Assembly: GCA_963825315.1 (NCBI GenBank)
Contig: CAWGST010000001.1
Coordinates: forward strand, 1,877,460-1,941,459
Direction of reading: 5' to 3'
From: an uncultured Verrucomicrobiae bacterium
Lineage (GTDB): Bacteria > Verrucomicrobiota > Verrucomicrobiia > Limisphaerales > Palsa-1400
Length of the DNA stretch: 64,000 bases
Shown here: positions 50,446-60,492 of the stretch, in pieces
Layout of the letters: each line of letters begins with the position of its first letter
Numbering within the stretch: position 1 is the first letter of the stretch
Notes under the pieces: generated by a model
Database searches by the model: none
What the model was told of the DNA's origin: nothing
What the model saw: only the letters and a program-made list of their open reading frames with translations
Made by a program: the position numbers and the translations under genes

Positions 50446-50813
50446 GCGAACCGCTGGCTCTCCTTTACTACTCAAACCTGATGCCGGGCGGCCAATTGGT
50501 CAACCGGCTGCAAGACCTGGGTTATCGCGTCCAGACGCTGGCGGACATGGCGGCCCTGGCTGAGACCTGTCAACGCGAAAAACCGCTGGTGGTCGTGGCC
50601 GAAATTTTGCCGGGCGGCCCCGCCTGCGCCTCCGTCGCCCAACTGAGGAAAGATCCCGCCACGCGGCATATTCCGGTGCTGGGCTGGTCGGCGGCGCAGG
50701 ACCCGGCGCAACAACTCCAGGCCAGGGAGGCCGGCATCTCGTTGCTGGCCGGCAACGCCTCCATTGCCGAACATTTGCCGCGATTGTTGGACCAGGTTTT
50801 GCAAGTGGAATAA
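50442..50813 (+). CDS. Receiver-like (pseudo-REC) domain protein
   Basis: 123 aa with a CheY-like beta-alpha pattern, but the acidic pocket is absent and the phospho-acceptor position reads VVVAEI (Glu rather than Asp). The start overlaps the gatA stop (ATGA). Confidence 0.45.
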   Translation: MSEPLALLYYSNLMPGGQLVNRLQDLGYRVQTLADMAALAETCQREKPLVVVAEILPGGPACASVAQLRKDPATRHIPVLGWSAAQDPAQQLQAREAGISLLAGNASIAEHLPRLLDQVLQVE

Positions 50814-50816
50814 GCC

Positions 50817-51620
50817 ATGACGAATCTTCCTGTCATCAAATTGGACCGCGGAATTCATGCGCTGCATCTCTTTTACCGCGTGGACCGGGAACGCTGGGCG
50901 CAGCCCGGGCAGTGCCTCTCCCGCCTGGAGATTCTCTGCGCCGCCAATGCCCAGCCGTCCCATCCCCGTTTGACCACCTACGCCACGATTGGCGGCAAGG
51001 CCGACATGGCCTTCTTCCTCCTCGCGGCTGAATTGGCCCAGCTTGGCCAGATGCACCGCGACTTGGAGGCCTGTTTTCCTCCCGGCGCGTTGCTCCGTGT
51101 CTTTTCCTACCTGAGCGTGACGGAGTTGAGCGAATACATGCCGACCGAGGAGGAAAATCGCCGGACGCTGATCGAACAGGAAAAGCTGGCCCCCGAGAGC
51201 GAAGTGTTCAACAAGCGCATGGGCGAGTTGCGGGAGCGGATGAAACAGTACGAGCATTACCGCCTTTACCCGGAGCTGCCCGATTGGGAAGTGATGGGTT
51301 TTTATCCTATGAGCAAGAGACGCGCCGCGGCGGACAACTGGTATGCGCTCGATTTTGCCACGCGCCGAAAATTAATGAGCGGCCACGCGCGGGTCGGCCG
51401 CAAATATGCCGGGCGCGTTTCGCAATTGATCACCGGTTCAACCGGGCTGGACGATTGGGAATGGGGCGTCACGCTCATGGCCCATCAACTCGATGCGCTC
51501 AAGGCAATCGTTTATGAAATGCGCTTCGACGAAGTCAGCGCGCGCTATGCGGACTTTGGCCCGTTCTTTGTCAACATGAGATTGCGCCCGCCGGAGTTGT
51601 GGGCGCACCTGCGCCTTTAG
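50817..51620 (+). CDS. Chlorite dismutase-family protein (HemQ/coproheme decarboxylase-like)
   Basis: 267-aa ORF reading HALHLFYRVDRERW.., YPMSKRR..NWY.L....R..LM..H...GR.Y.G.V.Q..TGS.GLDDWEWGVTL. The TAG stop is formed at the IS630 junction. Confidence 0.75.
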   Translation: MTNLPVIKLDRGIHALHLFYRVDRERWAQPGQCLSRLEILCAANAQPSHPRLTTYATIGGKADMAFFLLAAELAQLGQMHRDLEACFPPGALLRVFSYLSVTELSEYMPTEEENRRTLIEQEKLAPESEVFNKRMGELRERMKQYEHYRLYPELPDWEVMGFYPMSKRRAAADNWYALDFATRRKLMSGHARVGRKYAGRVSQLITGSTGLDDWEWGVTLMAHQLDALKAIVYEMRFDEVSARYADFGPFFVNMRLRPPELWAHLRL

Positions 51621-51626
51621 AGCGTT

Positions 51627-52151
51627 TTAAATAAAACTGTAGCCACAAGAGGCAAACCAGTTCATGGCATCCCGGGGCGTGATACTCTGCAAAGCTGAAG
51701 CAATCGCCTGGAGCAGAGCGGGCTGCGTGCGGGCCTCGGCTGTACGCAGGTGGGATTTGACTTTGCTCCACATTTGCTCGATGGGATTGAGGTCTGGGGA
51801 ATAGGCTGGAAGGAAGAGGATTTGGGCTCCAGCCTGCGCGATCAGCGAAAGGGTCGGCTCACTTTTATGCGGGGAGAGGTTATCCATGATGACCACATCT
51901 CCGGCGCGCAGCGTCGGGCACAAGACATGGCCGACATAGACCCGGAAAACCTCCGTATCGGTGGCCCCCTCGATGGTCATGCAGGCGGTGGCACCGTCCA
52001 GGCGGATGGCGCCGATCATGGTCGTGGTTTGCCAATGGCCCTGCGGACATTGGGCGTGGACACGCTGACCCCGCAGGGCGCGCCCGCGCAGGCGGGTCAG
52101 ATTGGTTTTGGCACCCGATTCGTCCAGGAAAATCAGTTTGGCCGGGTCCAA
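51627..52151 (-). CDS. IS630 transposase orfB (copy 2)
   Basis: Protein identical to that encoded at 39514-40038. Confidence 0.85.
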   Translation of the reverse strand: MDPAKLIFLDESGAKTNLTRLRGRALRGQRVHAQCPQGHWQTTTMIGAIRLDGATACMTIEGATDTEVFRVYVGHVLCPTLRAGDVVIMDNLSPHKSEPTLSLIAQAGAQILFLPAYSPDLNPIEQMWSKVKSHLRTAEARTQPALLQAIASALQSITPRDAMNWFASCGYSFI

Positions 52152-52564
52152 ACCGCCTTGCCGACGCCGCCAGGCGCGGCGCGCCCGCGCAATGTCCGGA
52201 CGGTCTTGCTCGCTGGCATGGAGTGTCTTTTTTTATATGTCAGCCCCATCTTCGCCAGAACGTAGTGGATGGCGGGCAGAGAACAGTCCAGTTCCAAGCC
52301 GGCGCGCAGCTCTTTCAAGGTCAGGTCGGGCTTCTGATTCAATAGAGTCCGCATCTGGCGCTGATGGGCCGCCAGGATCATCGGCTTGCGCCCGGAGAAA
52401 CGGTGGCGCGGACCGATCTCCCCGGTCCGTCGGCGTTGTTGCAAGAGCTTCTTGACCATGCCCAGCGAAACCCGGTAACGATCGCCGACCTCCACGCGAG
52501 TCCCCTCTTCAAGGTCATAGGAAGCCAAAATCCGTTCGCGCAGGTCCAACGATAAAGTTCGCAT
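52133..52564 (-). CDS. IS630 transposase orfA (copy 2)
   Basis: Protein identical to that encoded at 40020-40451. Confidence 0.8.
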   Translation of the reverse strand: MRTLSLDLRERILASYDLEEGTRVEVGDRYRVSLGMVKKLLQQRRRTGEIGPRHRFSGRKPMILAAHQRQMRTLLNQKPDLTLKELRAGLELDCSLPAIHYVLAKMGLTYKKRHSMPASKTVRTLRGRAAPGGVGKAVWTRPN

Positions 52565-52631
52565 GAACTGCCTATACCACAGGCCCAACGGAATGGCTAC
52601 AGTTTTATTTAAAACGCTCTAGCGGGCCGCG

Positions 52632-53579
52632 TCAGGATTTGATTTCCACGCTCTGGAACAGGCTCTCCAGGCTGTTGAGCGGCGCGTCTTTTTTGGGCGC
52701 GGGATCGAGAAGCTGACGCAGATAGACAATCGCGTCTGGAATGCCCCTGACGGAACGCGGCAGCGTTGCGCCGCAGGCGTTGGCGTGGCCGCCGCCCTGC
52801 AGTTTTTCGGCGATTTTCAAGGCTTCGCCGTTGCGGCTGCGCAAGCTCACCACCACGGTGTTGTTCGCCTTGCGAAAAAGGGTCAGGAGCACCGGGTAGG
52901 GCGTGGCCTGTTTTTCCAGCAGTTGGTGGACGATCAAATTATTGTTGCCCACCACGGTGTCCACGTAACCCACCGTCGGGCTGATGGCGGCCACGTTGGC
53001 CCTGCTCCACTCGTAACCCAGCGGATCTTCGACGCGCCGTTTCACGGCCATGACCTCCAGCAACGGATGGTCCAGCAACCGTTCCAGTTGGCCCTCGATC
53101 AGCGCATACAAATTCCAAAACCCATACGTCTTGACCAGGTTGGCGAAATCGTTGGCCAGCGCAAAATCAGGGTCATCCTCCAGAAACAAATCCGCCACGT
53201 TGTTCAAGTGGACCAGGCGATCCAATGGCGGCGAGCCAAGCCCGTGTTCCTGGCACAGTTCGTAGCAGAGCAATCCGGCGGATTTGGTGACATCATGAAT
53301 GAAATGCGCGTTCTTCGGCTGGACCTCGGTGGCATGATGATCAATCAGCAGCCAATCAGGCTTGTCCAGGCGCGGCTCGAAACTCAAATCGCAGACCCAG
53401 CCGGATTTTTCGCGCGGTTCCCGCATTTTCCAATTGTTGTAATGGTAGGATTCCAGGCGGATGTCCGCGTTGAAAATCTTCCGGGCCAGCCGCTGCAAAA
53501 GCAGCCCCGAGACGAAGCCGTCCAGGTCGCTTTCATGCGTCAAAATAACTTCCGGCCGGGGCAAAGTATCCATGCGCAT
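52632..53579 (-). CDS. DHH/DHHA1-family phosphoesterase (NrnA-like)
   Basis: 315-aa ORF with the motifs HESDLDG, LIDHH and GGGHANACG. Confidence 0.8.
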   Translation of the reverse strand: MRMDTLPRPEVILTHESDLDGFVSGLLLQRLARKIFNADIRLESYHYNNWKMREPREKSGWVCDLSFEPRLDKPDWLLIDHHATEVQPKNAHFIHDVTKSAGLLCYELCQEHGLGSPPLDRLVHLNNVADLFLEDDPDFALANDFANLVKTYGFWNLYALIEGQLERLLDHPLLEVMAVKRRVEDPLGYEWSRANVAAISPTVGYVDTVVGNNNLIVHQLLEKQATPYPVLLTLFRKANNTVVVSLRSRNGEALKIAEKLQGGGHANACGATLPRSVRGIPDAIVYLRQLLDPAPKKDAPLNSLESLFQSVEIKS

Positions 53580-53630
53580 AAACTATGATGTCGCAACGTG
53601 GCTGGCCAGAAGAAATCCACGGAATGTCGC

Positions 53631-53876
53631 TCATTTGTGTTCCGGCTCATCCATTGAGTCTTTCTTCAGCCACCATCGCCGCACCGCGACAAGACACCAG
53701 ATTGCCTCCACCACGCCGAAGGGCCACGCGCCTTGCAGAAACCCATAGACCGATCCCAACGCGCAGGCGCCAGCGAATCCCAAAACAAACCAGCGGCTGC
53801 GCTCCTCCAGCGCGTAGCACACCAGCATCGCCGTAACCGCAATCAGGCCAAACATCGTGAGCCGGTCCATATTCAC
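53631..53876 (-). CDS. Small three-TM membrane protein
   Basis: 81-aa hydrophobic ORF whose start overlaps the methyltransferase stop. It loosely resembles the CBU_0592-type small membrane protein family. Confidence 0.45.
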   Translation of the reverse strand: MNMDRLTMFGLIAVTAMLVCYALEERSRWFVLGFAGACALGSVYGFLQGAWPFGVVEAIWCLVAVRRWWLKKDSMDEPEHK

Positions 53877-55207
53877 TATGTTTTCTGAAAGAGCACGATG
53901 CGGTTGGTGTTGGTGCCTTTGTTGTTGTTAGCGACGCCCCAGCAATTGGCGGTCTTGGTGAATTTCTGGTCGTTGATGAGGATGAGCAGCGGCTTGAGGC
54001 CGGCGTCCAGGCCGCATGCCAGAACCGTCTCCTCCAGCTTGATTGTTCCCGCGCGGACTTCGCCGACTTCAAAGGCCACATGCCCGCCGGGCCGCAGCAC
54101 CCGCCGCAGTTCCCGGAATACGGCCGTCATTTCGGACTGCCATTCCGGCAGTTTTTTCGGGACGGTCAGGCGGACTGATTTTGGATCAATGCCCAGAAAC
54201 CAGCAGCGCAGCCAATTGTCGCCGGCGTAATCCACCACATCGAGGAACGGCGGCGAAGTCACCACCAGCGCGACCGAATCGGACGGAATTTGCGGGGTGG
54301 CCCGCGCGGCTTGATTTAACAGCAGCGCTTTTGCCGCCACGGCCCCCAATGCGCCGCGCATCGTCGCGTCGCAATCCCCCAGCAGGATGCGGCTCTTCTT
54401 CAAAATCAATTCCGGCACATGGCGGCGGGGGGGGGTTTGATGGCGGTCGGCATTGATCTTGCGCTGCGATTTGACTGAAACCGCCTGGTTCGGCGGCAGC
54501 GTATAGACGGAAAAAAATCCGGGGGAATGGCCGGTCAGCCGGTTCAGGGCCACGAGGCAAATCCATCGGTCAACCGCATCCTGCTTCCCGGCCAGCAGAT
54601 ATTTTTTCAGGGCGGCGATTTCCCGCAACGTTTCGGGATGATAAAAGACCAGCAACTCTTCCGGCAGCTCATCGTGATCGCGAAAATTAATTTCCGCCAG
54701 CCGCGCGCGGATTTCTTCAAGACCCGGCGGGCTGAACCGGGGGCCGAGCAAACGCAGGCTCAGTGGATTGACATCGCAACCGAAAGGAATCCGGCCCAAC
54801 AGGGCCGCTTCCAACGGCGTCGTGCCGCGACCCATGAACGGATCATAGACGACCTCGCCGGGCCGGGTCAGGCGCTCGATGAAAAATCGCGGCAATTGCG
54901 GCTTGAAGCAGGCGCGGTACGAAATCTCATGCAACCGGCTGGCTGCGCGCTGTTTGGAAGTCCAGAACTCATTGACGAACACTGGCACGTTCGCCGTCTT
55001 TCCATCCGCCAGCGCAATGCTCGTCGTCATCCGGATGGTGCTTTTGCCAAACTGATGAAACCCCGCCAATTCTTCCGGCAACGGGACAATCGTTGCCGGC
55101 CGGGTGGAGGGGCCCCGCCAATCGAGCGACAATTGCAAATTCTCAGCCAGCATCCTGCCTTCCATCTTCCCCTGCCTTCCCCTGCCCCGGCAAGCAAAAC
55201 AAGACAT
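53876..55207 (-). CDS. DNA methyltransferase, N4/N6 beta-class (PF01555-type), no cognate endonuclease seen
   Basis: The AdoMet motif VVYDPFMGRGTT precedes the catalytic motif VVTSPPF (permuted beta order). NEFWTSKQR..HEISYRACFKPQLPRFFI is the N-terminal block. Confidence 0.8.
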   Translation of the reverse strand: MSCFACRGRGRQGKMEGRMLAENLQLSLDWRGPSTRPATIVPLPEELAGFHQFGKSTIRMTTSIALADGKTANVPVFVNEFWTSKQRAASRLHEISYRACFKPQLPRFFIERLTRPGEVVYDPFMGRGTTPLEAALLGRIPFGCDVNPLSLRLLGPRFSPPGLEEIRARLAEINFRDHDELPEELLVFYHPETLREIAALKKYLLAGKQDAVDRWICLVALNRLTGHSPGFFSVYTLPPNQAVSVKSQRKINADRHQTPPRRHVPELILKKSRILLGDCDATMRGALGAVAAKALLLNQAARATPQIPSDSVALVVTSPPFLDVVDYAGDNWLRCWFLGIDPKSVRLTVPKKLPEWQSEMTAVFRELRRVLRPGGHVAFEVGEVRAGTIKLEETVLACGLDAGLKPLLILINDQKFTKTANCWGVANNNKGTNTNRIVLFQKT

Positions 55208-55292
55208 GGCCCGGAGGCTGGGTTGCGGTAATAGAGGGCGCTTGAGTTTTTTGGTTATTCTTCCTTGACAATATGGAGCTTCTTAATTTATA

Positions 55293-55327
55293 CAATGCCC
55301 GCATTGCGGCTTTCAATGCGGGCATTG
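55293..55327. repeat. Perfect 14-bp-arm hairpin in the MTase/gntR intergenic region
   Basis: CAATGCCCGCATTG-N7-CAATGCGGGCATTG, read directly from the sequence. Confidence 0.6.
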
Positions 55328-55468
55328 CATAAATCAAATTTTGATTGCAGCAAATAAATTCGTTCCTTTTTGGTTTTTGCGGCAGGCTTTGGATGCGTCT
55401 GCCCTGGCAGGCAAAAGTGGCTCCCCGATCTGAATCCCCAATGGCCAAAAAAAATTTGAAAAAATCCG

Positions 55469-55507
55469 TTGACAACTTCCGCCATCTGTCATACTGTCCT
55501 ATGACAG
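55469..55507 (+). promoter_or_regulatory. Promoter plus GntR-type operator of the gntR-ABC operon
   Basis: A TTGACA -35 box at 55469 is followed after 17 nt by TACTGT. The perfect inverted repeat CTGTCATA-N6-TATGACAG (55486-55507) overlaps the -10 box and the first ATG. Confidence 0.45.
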
Positions 55508-55914
55508 TTCAATTTTTTATGCTGTTTCGAATAGATTTTAAATCGGGCAAGGCGGTTTACCTGCAACTGGTCGATCAGATTCGTTATGCGGCGGCCTGCG
55601 GGGCGCTGCGCGCGGGGGAGGCGCTGCCTTCGATCCGGCCGCTGGCCGAGCAACTGCGTTTGAACCGCAATACCGTGGCCAAGGCTTACACCGAATTGGA
55701 AAGCCAGGGGGTGATCGAAACCATCGCGGGCAAAGGCTGCTTTTTGAAGGACAATCATTCGCCATTCACCAAACAGGCGCGGCACAAATTGCTGGTCGAA
55801 AAAATCGACGACGCCTGGGTGACGGCGCATCAGTTGCAGGTGGATGCGGACACTTTTCTCGAATTGGCGCGCGAGAGACTGGCGTTTTTCGAACGCGAAG
55901 CCGCCAGAGAATAG
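55501..55914 (+). CDS. GntR-family (YtrA-like, short effector domain) transcriptional regulator
   Basis: Has the winged HTH LPSIRPLAEQLRLNRNTVAKAYTELESQGVIETIAGKGCFL. The start is either 55501 or 55519. Confidence 0.85.
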   Translation: MTVQFFMLFRIDFKSGKAVYLQLVDQIRYAAACGALRAGEALPSIRPLAEQLRLNRNTVAKAYTELESQGVIETIAGKGCFLKDNHSPFTKQARHKLLVEKIDDAWVTAHQLQVDADTFLELARERLAFFEREAARE

Positions 55915-55940
55915 ACAGAAGCCAAAGGAGGACGATCATC

Positions 55941-56849
55941 ATGAATACCAGCCCGGCAGTCATCGAAGTCAAAAATCTTAAACGCCGCTTCGGCAAACTC
56001 GACGCGGTCAACGGACTCAGCCTGAACGTGCGGCCCGGCCGCTGTTTCGGCTTTTTCGGACGCAACGGCGCCGGGAAAACGACCACCATCAAATGTTTGC
56101 TCAATCTGCTGCGGCCCACTTCGGGCAGCGTCAGCGTGTTTGGCCTGGACCCGCGACGCGATGAAGTGGCCGTGAAATCGCGCCTCGCTTATGTGCCCGA
56201 TGTGGTGGCGTTTTATCCCTGGATGACCGTGCGCGAGACGCTTTATTACCTGGCCTCTTTCCGGCGGCATTGGAACCTGGAGGTAGAAGCCGACCTGCTC
56301 CGGCGTTTCCAGTTGGACCCGGCGCAGAAGACCAGCCATTTGTCCAAGGGCCAGAAAACACAACTGGCCTTGATCGGGGCGATTTGTCCCGAGCCGGAAC
56401 TGCTCCTGCTGGATGAGCCGACCTCCGGCCTGGACCCGATTGTCCGGCGCGAATTCATCGAAACGGTCATCGGCGCGTATCAATCCGGCGACCCGGAGCG
56501 CCGCACCGTTTTCGTTTCGACGCATCTGATCGCCGAGTTCGAGGGGTTGATTGACGAATTCACCATCATCGAGCAAGGCCGTGAACTGTTCTCAATGGAG
56601 GCGGACAGCGCGCGCGACCGGTTCCGAAAAATCCGGGCGCGATTTGCGGGGCCGCCGCCCGCCGTGAAATTGCCCGGGGCGCTGGGCGTGCGCCGGTCCG
56701 GCCGCGAACTGGAGTTGCTGGGCAACGGCAACTGCGAGCAGTTGATGGAAATTCTGCGCGCGCAGCATCCGGAGGAGCTCCATTGCGAATCGTTGTCGCT
56801 GGAGGAGATTTTTGTCGCGTCCAAAACTCTGATGGAGGCCGTGCCATGA
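55941..56849 (+). CDS. ABC transporter ATP-binding protein
   Basis: Walker A GRNGAGKTT, signature LSKGQK and Walker B LLLLDEPTSGLD. Confidence 0.9.
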   Translation: MNTSPAVIEVKNLKRRFGKLDAVNGLSLNVRPGRCFGFFGRNGAGKTTTIKCLLNLLRPTSGSVSVFGLDPRRDEVAVKSRLAYVPDVVAFYPWMTVRETLYYLASFRRHWNLEVEADLLRRFQLDPAQKTSHLSKGQKTQLALIGAICPEPELLLLDEPTSGLDPIVRREFIETVIGAYQSGDPERRTVFVSTHLIAEFEGLIDEFTIIEQGRELFSMEADSARDRFRKIRARFAGPPPAVKLPGALGVRRSGRELELLGNGNCEQLMEILRAQHPEELHCESLSLEEIFVASKTLMEAVP

Positions 56850-59259
56850 ACCCGCTCATCCGCAAGGAAACAAGACTGCTGCTGCCGGCCTGGATTGCGG
56901 CGTTGGTGGTGGCGGCCATGCCGGTTTGGTGGTGGCGGCATTCCGAGGGCGCGTTACTGGTCTTTTTTGGCGCGGTGATATTGGCCCTGGCCCTGTCGCC
57001 CTTTGGAGAGGAAATGAGCTGCGGCACGTTTGGCCTCCTGCTCGTCCAACCTGAAGAACGACAGCGTTTTTGGAGGATCAAGACCGGGCTTCTGGCCGTT
57101 GCGCTGGTCTCAGCGTGGACCTTGCTCGCTTTGTGTCTATGGAGTGCGCAGGTGTATGGCAACGATTTGGCCGAGCTGCTCAAGATGAGCGCGCTGATGA
57201 CGCTCCTGGCTTTTTCCGGAGGGCTGTGGAGCACTTTATTGTTGCGCGATATCCTGGCCTCTTTTTTTTGCGCTTGCCTTGTTCCAACAGTCATTTGCGC
57301 TGCGATACTCGCTACTGTGGGCCATTGGGTTGACCCCGAGAGCCACCGCTTCTCAACCATCCTTTACTGCGTGCTGGCAGCGTATGCGGCGGCGGCCTTT
57401 TTGTGGGCGCGACGGCTTTTTCTTGGCGCGCAGGAAGTGGCGTGGAGCGGCGGGCAAATTTCTTTGACGGCGGTGCGCGGAGTGTCATTGCGGTGGCTGG
57501 CCTTCGAATTTAAAGGCAGACAGAACCGGTGGACAGCCTTGGTAAAAAAGGAATTGCAACTGCAGGAAGCCACGATGGTTCTGATTCCGTTGCTGGCGTT
57601 ATTGTATTTGGCTGCTCTGGCCATATACTATTTTGCTCCAAAATGGCTTGGGAAAGAACTGAGTTTTGAAGCCGTCCCCAGCATTTGGCTGGCGACGGTG
57701 CCGTTGGTGATCGGATGCGTGGCGGTGGCGGAGGAGCGCCGCCTCAACACTTTGGAAGGACTTCTTTGCCTGCCGATCTGCAAGCGCAATCAATTTGCCG
57801 TGAAGCTTGCGGTCGCGATGGTTTTGGGAATCGTGTTGGGCGGAGTCATTCCCTGGGTTCTCTTGGACATGGGAGGCATGCGGGCCAATGATTTCGGTTT
57901 GCAAAAGGCCATGGAGGTCGCCGCGCTGATCACCGGAGTTGCGTTTTACGCCTCAACCATGAGCCGCGGCCTGTTGCAAGCCCTTTCCACAGCCTTGTGC
58001 ATCCCAGTGCTAATGGGGATGGCCGTCGCTCTTTATGTGAGAATCTACGATGCCGTCGGCTACGACAGGATGTGGCCGGTCACGACCCTCACCCTGGTCT
58101 GGCCGGCCCTGACCATCACCTTTGTCTGGCTGGCGTTCATGAATTACAAACAGTTGCAAATCGGCTGGCGGGTCTGGGTCGGAAATTTGACCCGGGCCGG
58201 CGCGGTTTGCGGTTGCGTGACGTTGGTGGCTATCGCGGTCTTCGACCGCCCCTGGGAATTGTTCCAATCCCTGGAGCCTCGCCATGGCCCGGCCCGAATC
58301 AGCGGCGCGGGACGAGCCAGTATGGGGAGTTCGGGGCATGGCCTGTACATCGTGCTGCCCGATGGCAGACTTTGGATTGGGAAAATGGATCGTTCAGCGA
58401 AAAGCACTTCCGGCGGGTTTGTCCGTGGCTCAAACTGGGTGGAAACGGCGGCGGGCTTCGAGAGCGCCGTTGCCATCCAATCAGATGGAACACTCTGGAG
58501 GATTCTCAACACCTCAGACATACGCCAAATCGGCTCTGACTCGGACTGGAAGAAGATCGCCGGAGGCATTAATTGGTTCCAGGCGCTCAAACAAGATGGG
58601 ACGCTCTGGATCGCCCCTTATGCTACTAATTTTATTGCCGCTCCTCTTCGTGTCGGAGCCGACTCCGATTGGGTGGATGTCTTTGCGCTGTTTGAACGAC
58701 GCACGATGTTCGTCAAGCGCGATGGGAGCAAATGGGGATGGAAACGTTATCCGATCGGCGCTCATGGACAAAGGTTCTTGAACGCTGGGCTTGAACGGGT
58801 TCGTTGGAACATGGAGGGAACTAATTGGGCGTTCATGGCTGGCGGTTGGGATTTAACCTTGGGCATTCGGTACCTGATGGCAGCCTGTGGGCCTCCGGCG
58901 ATCTTCCCCCCAAAATTTTTGGCGCAAAAGTCCGCCCACACCTGCCTCCGGAAGCCGTGCGTGTCGGAACCAAATCGGATTGGGTCGCGCTGAGCGGAGC
59001 CTGGAATGTCGTCGCGCTTGAGGCGGATGGCACGCTCTGGAGGATGGAATTTGGCCAAAGCAAGCGCCCAAGCAAATACGCCGACTGGCTGGCCGCAACG
59101 GAAGGTTACGGAGGCGCTTGGGCTTTGGCGAAGGATGGCACGCTCTCCTGCTGGAATGAATTTAACTGGCAGGCGTATTCGACGGGCTTGGGGAAAATTA
59201 TTCTTGGCCCCACCCGCCGGCCGGTCTTTTCGGTCAACATCCTGGAACAACAGAACTGA
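56846..59259 (+). CDS. Polytopic (~12-13 TM) ABC-2-like permease fused to a C-terminal seven-blade RCC1-like beta-propeller; one frame break at ~58869
   Basis: The start overlaps the ATPase stop (ATGA). Seven DG(T/S)LW blades are present (PDGRLWIG, SDGTLWRI, QDGTLWIA, RDGSKWGW, PDGSLWAS, ADGTLWRM, KDGTLSCW). ORFs 56783-58993 and 58825-59259 join if cggta is restored to cgggta. Confidence 0.7.
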
Positions 59260-59268
59260 CCCAGGCGC

Positions 59269-60071
59269 TCAGAGTTTTCCGAGCAGGGCCTTGAGCCGTT
59301 TCCACGCCTGGTCATGGGCCTTCTGGTTCGCCTCTGCCGCATCGGGTTGTTCGCCCGCGCGCATGAAACCGTGGCCGCGCCTGCGTACGTCACCGGTTTG
59401 TAATTCTTGCCCGCGGCCTTCATGAGCTTCTCCGTGGCCGGAATGGTGGCGCTGATGCGCGCGTCGTCGCCGCCGTAAAAGCCATGGACCGGACATTTGA
59501 TGTTCTGCATTTCTTTCCCGTCAGGAGGCGGCCCGTAAAAAACAAAAGCGGCTTTCAAGTCGGGCCGATTGCAGGCGAACCGAAAGGTTTGGCCGCCGCC
59601 CCAGCAGAAGCCCGCCACCGCCAGTTTGCCGTTGGCTGCCGGCAGCGCCTTGACGTAATCGGCCACGGCATTGAGGTCGGCCGTGATTTGGGCCGGGGGC
59701 AATTTGAAGATGGCGGCCCGAACATCATCCACGCTGGCAAAGTCGCTGCTGCCGCCGCCTTTGGGGCCGGCGACCGAGAGCAAGTCCGGCGCGATGGCGA
59801 TGTATCCCGCCGCGGCCACTTCATCGGCCGCGCTGCGCGCCCAATCGGTCAGGCCGAAAATCTCGTGGATGACGATGACCGCCGCGGCCGGATTTTTGAC
59901 TTCGGAATAGACGATGAAACAATGCACGGTGCGGGAGCCGTTCTTCACATCAACCCACTCGCCGTGGCGCGGGGATTTTTCCAGCCGGGCCTTGGCCCAA
60001 TCCTGGGCGGAAACGGACAGTCCGGCGCAGATAAAAGCTCCCACCAAAAAGAGTTTCGTTTTCATGGCCAC
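59269..60071 (-). CDS. Dienelactone hydrolase-family protein, secreted; one frame break at ~59375
   Basis: Contains VIVIHEIFGL and AVAGFCWGG. The C-terminus GHGFMRAGEQPDAAEANQKAHDQAWKRLKALLGKL lies in ORF 59269-59496. Restoring gcggccac to gcgggccac rejoins the frames. Confidence 0.8.
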
Positions 60072-60114
60072 AGGATTGCCGAAACCGGATCAAGGTCAAT
60101 CCTGAAAAAAAGGC

Positions 60115-60492
60115 TCAATAATTCAACCGGCGCAAAGCAGGCACGCGATCAAAGGCTTTGTCATTGCTGATGAGCGACTGATTGAAATAGCGCGCGAAGC
60201 CGGCAATCCATGTGTCATTTTCACCCAAACGTCCGCCGGCATCCATGAGTTCGCGGTCAACTTGGGCGGCGGCAAAGGCAATTTCCGGCTGCAAATTTAA
60301 AATCCGCCAGCGTAACAAAAAAACTCGCGCATGCCGCAAATCATCAAACCCCGCCGCAAATTCCCCGGCGGAAATCACGGTCGTGATCAACTGTTGCGCG
60401 CGATGAGCGTGAAGAAATTTTGAAGCCGCACCGGTTTTGTCCCCGCACTGTTCGTTGTGGAAGTCCACCAAAAACGTCGTGTCGGCGATCAT
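60115..60492 (-). CDS. vapC: PIN-domain toxin VapC
   Basis: 125 aa from MIADTTFLVDF, also containing ENDTWIAGFA and SNDKAF. The start overlaps the vapB stop (ATGA). Confidence 0.8.
   Translation of the reverse strand: MIADTTFLVDFHNEQCGDKTGAASKFLHAHRAQQLITTVISAGEFAAGFDDLRHARVFLLRWRILNLQPEIAFAAAQVDRELMDAGGRLGENDTWIAGFARYFNQSLISNDKAFDRVPALRRLNY

Larger units (their letters stand above)
51620..52619 (-). mobile_element. IS630-family insertion sequence, copy 2 (1000 bp)
   Basis: Same IRs as copy 1, with the TA duplication at 51618-51619 and 52620-52621. It is inserted at the TA of the hemQ-like stop codon. Confidence 0.92.
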
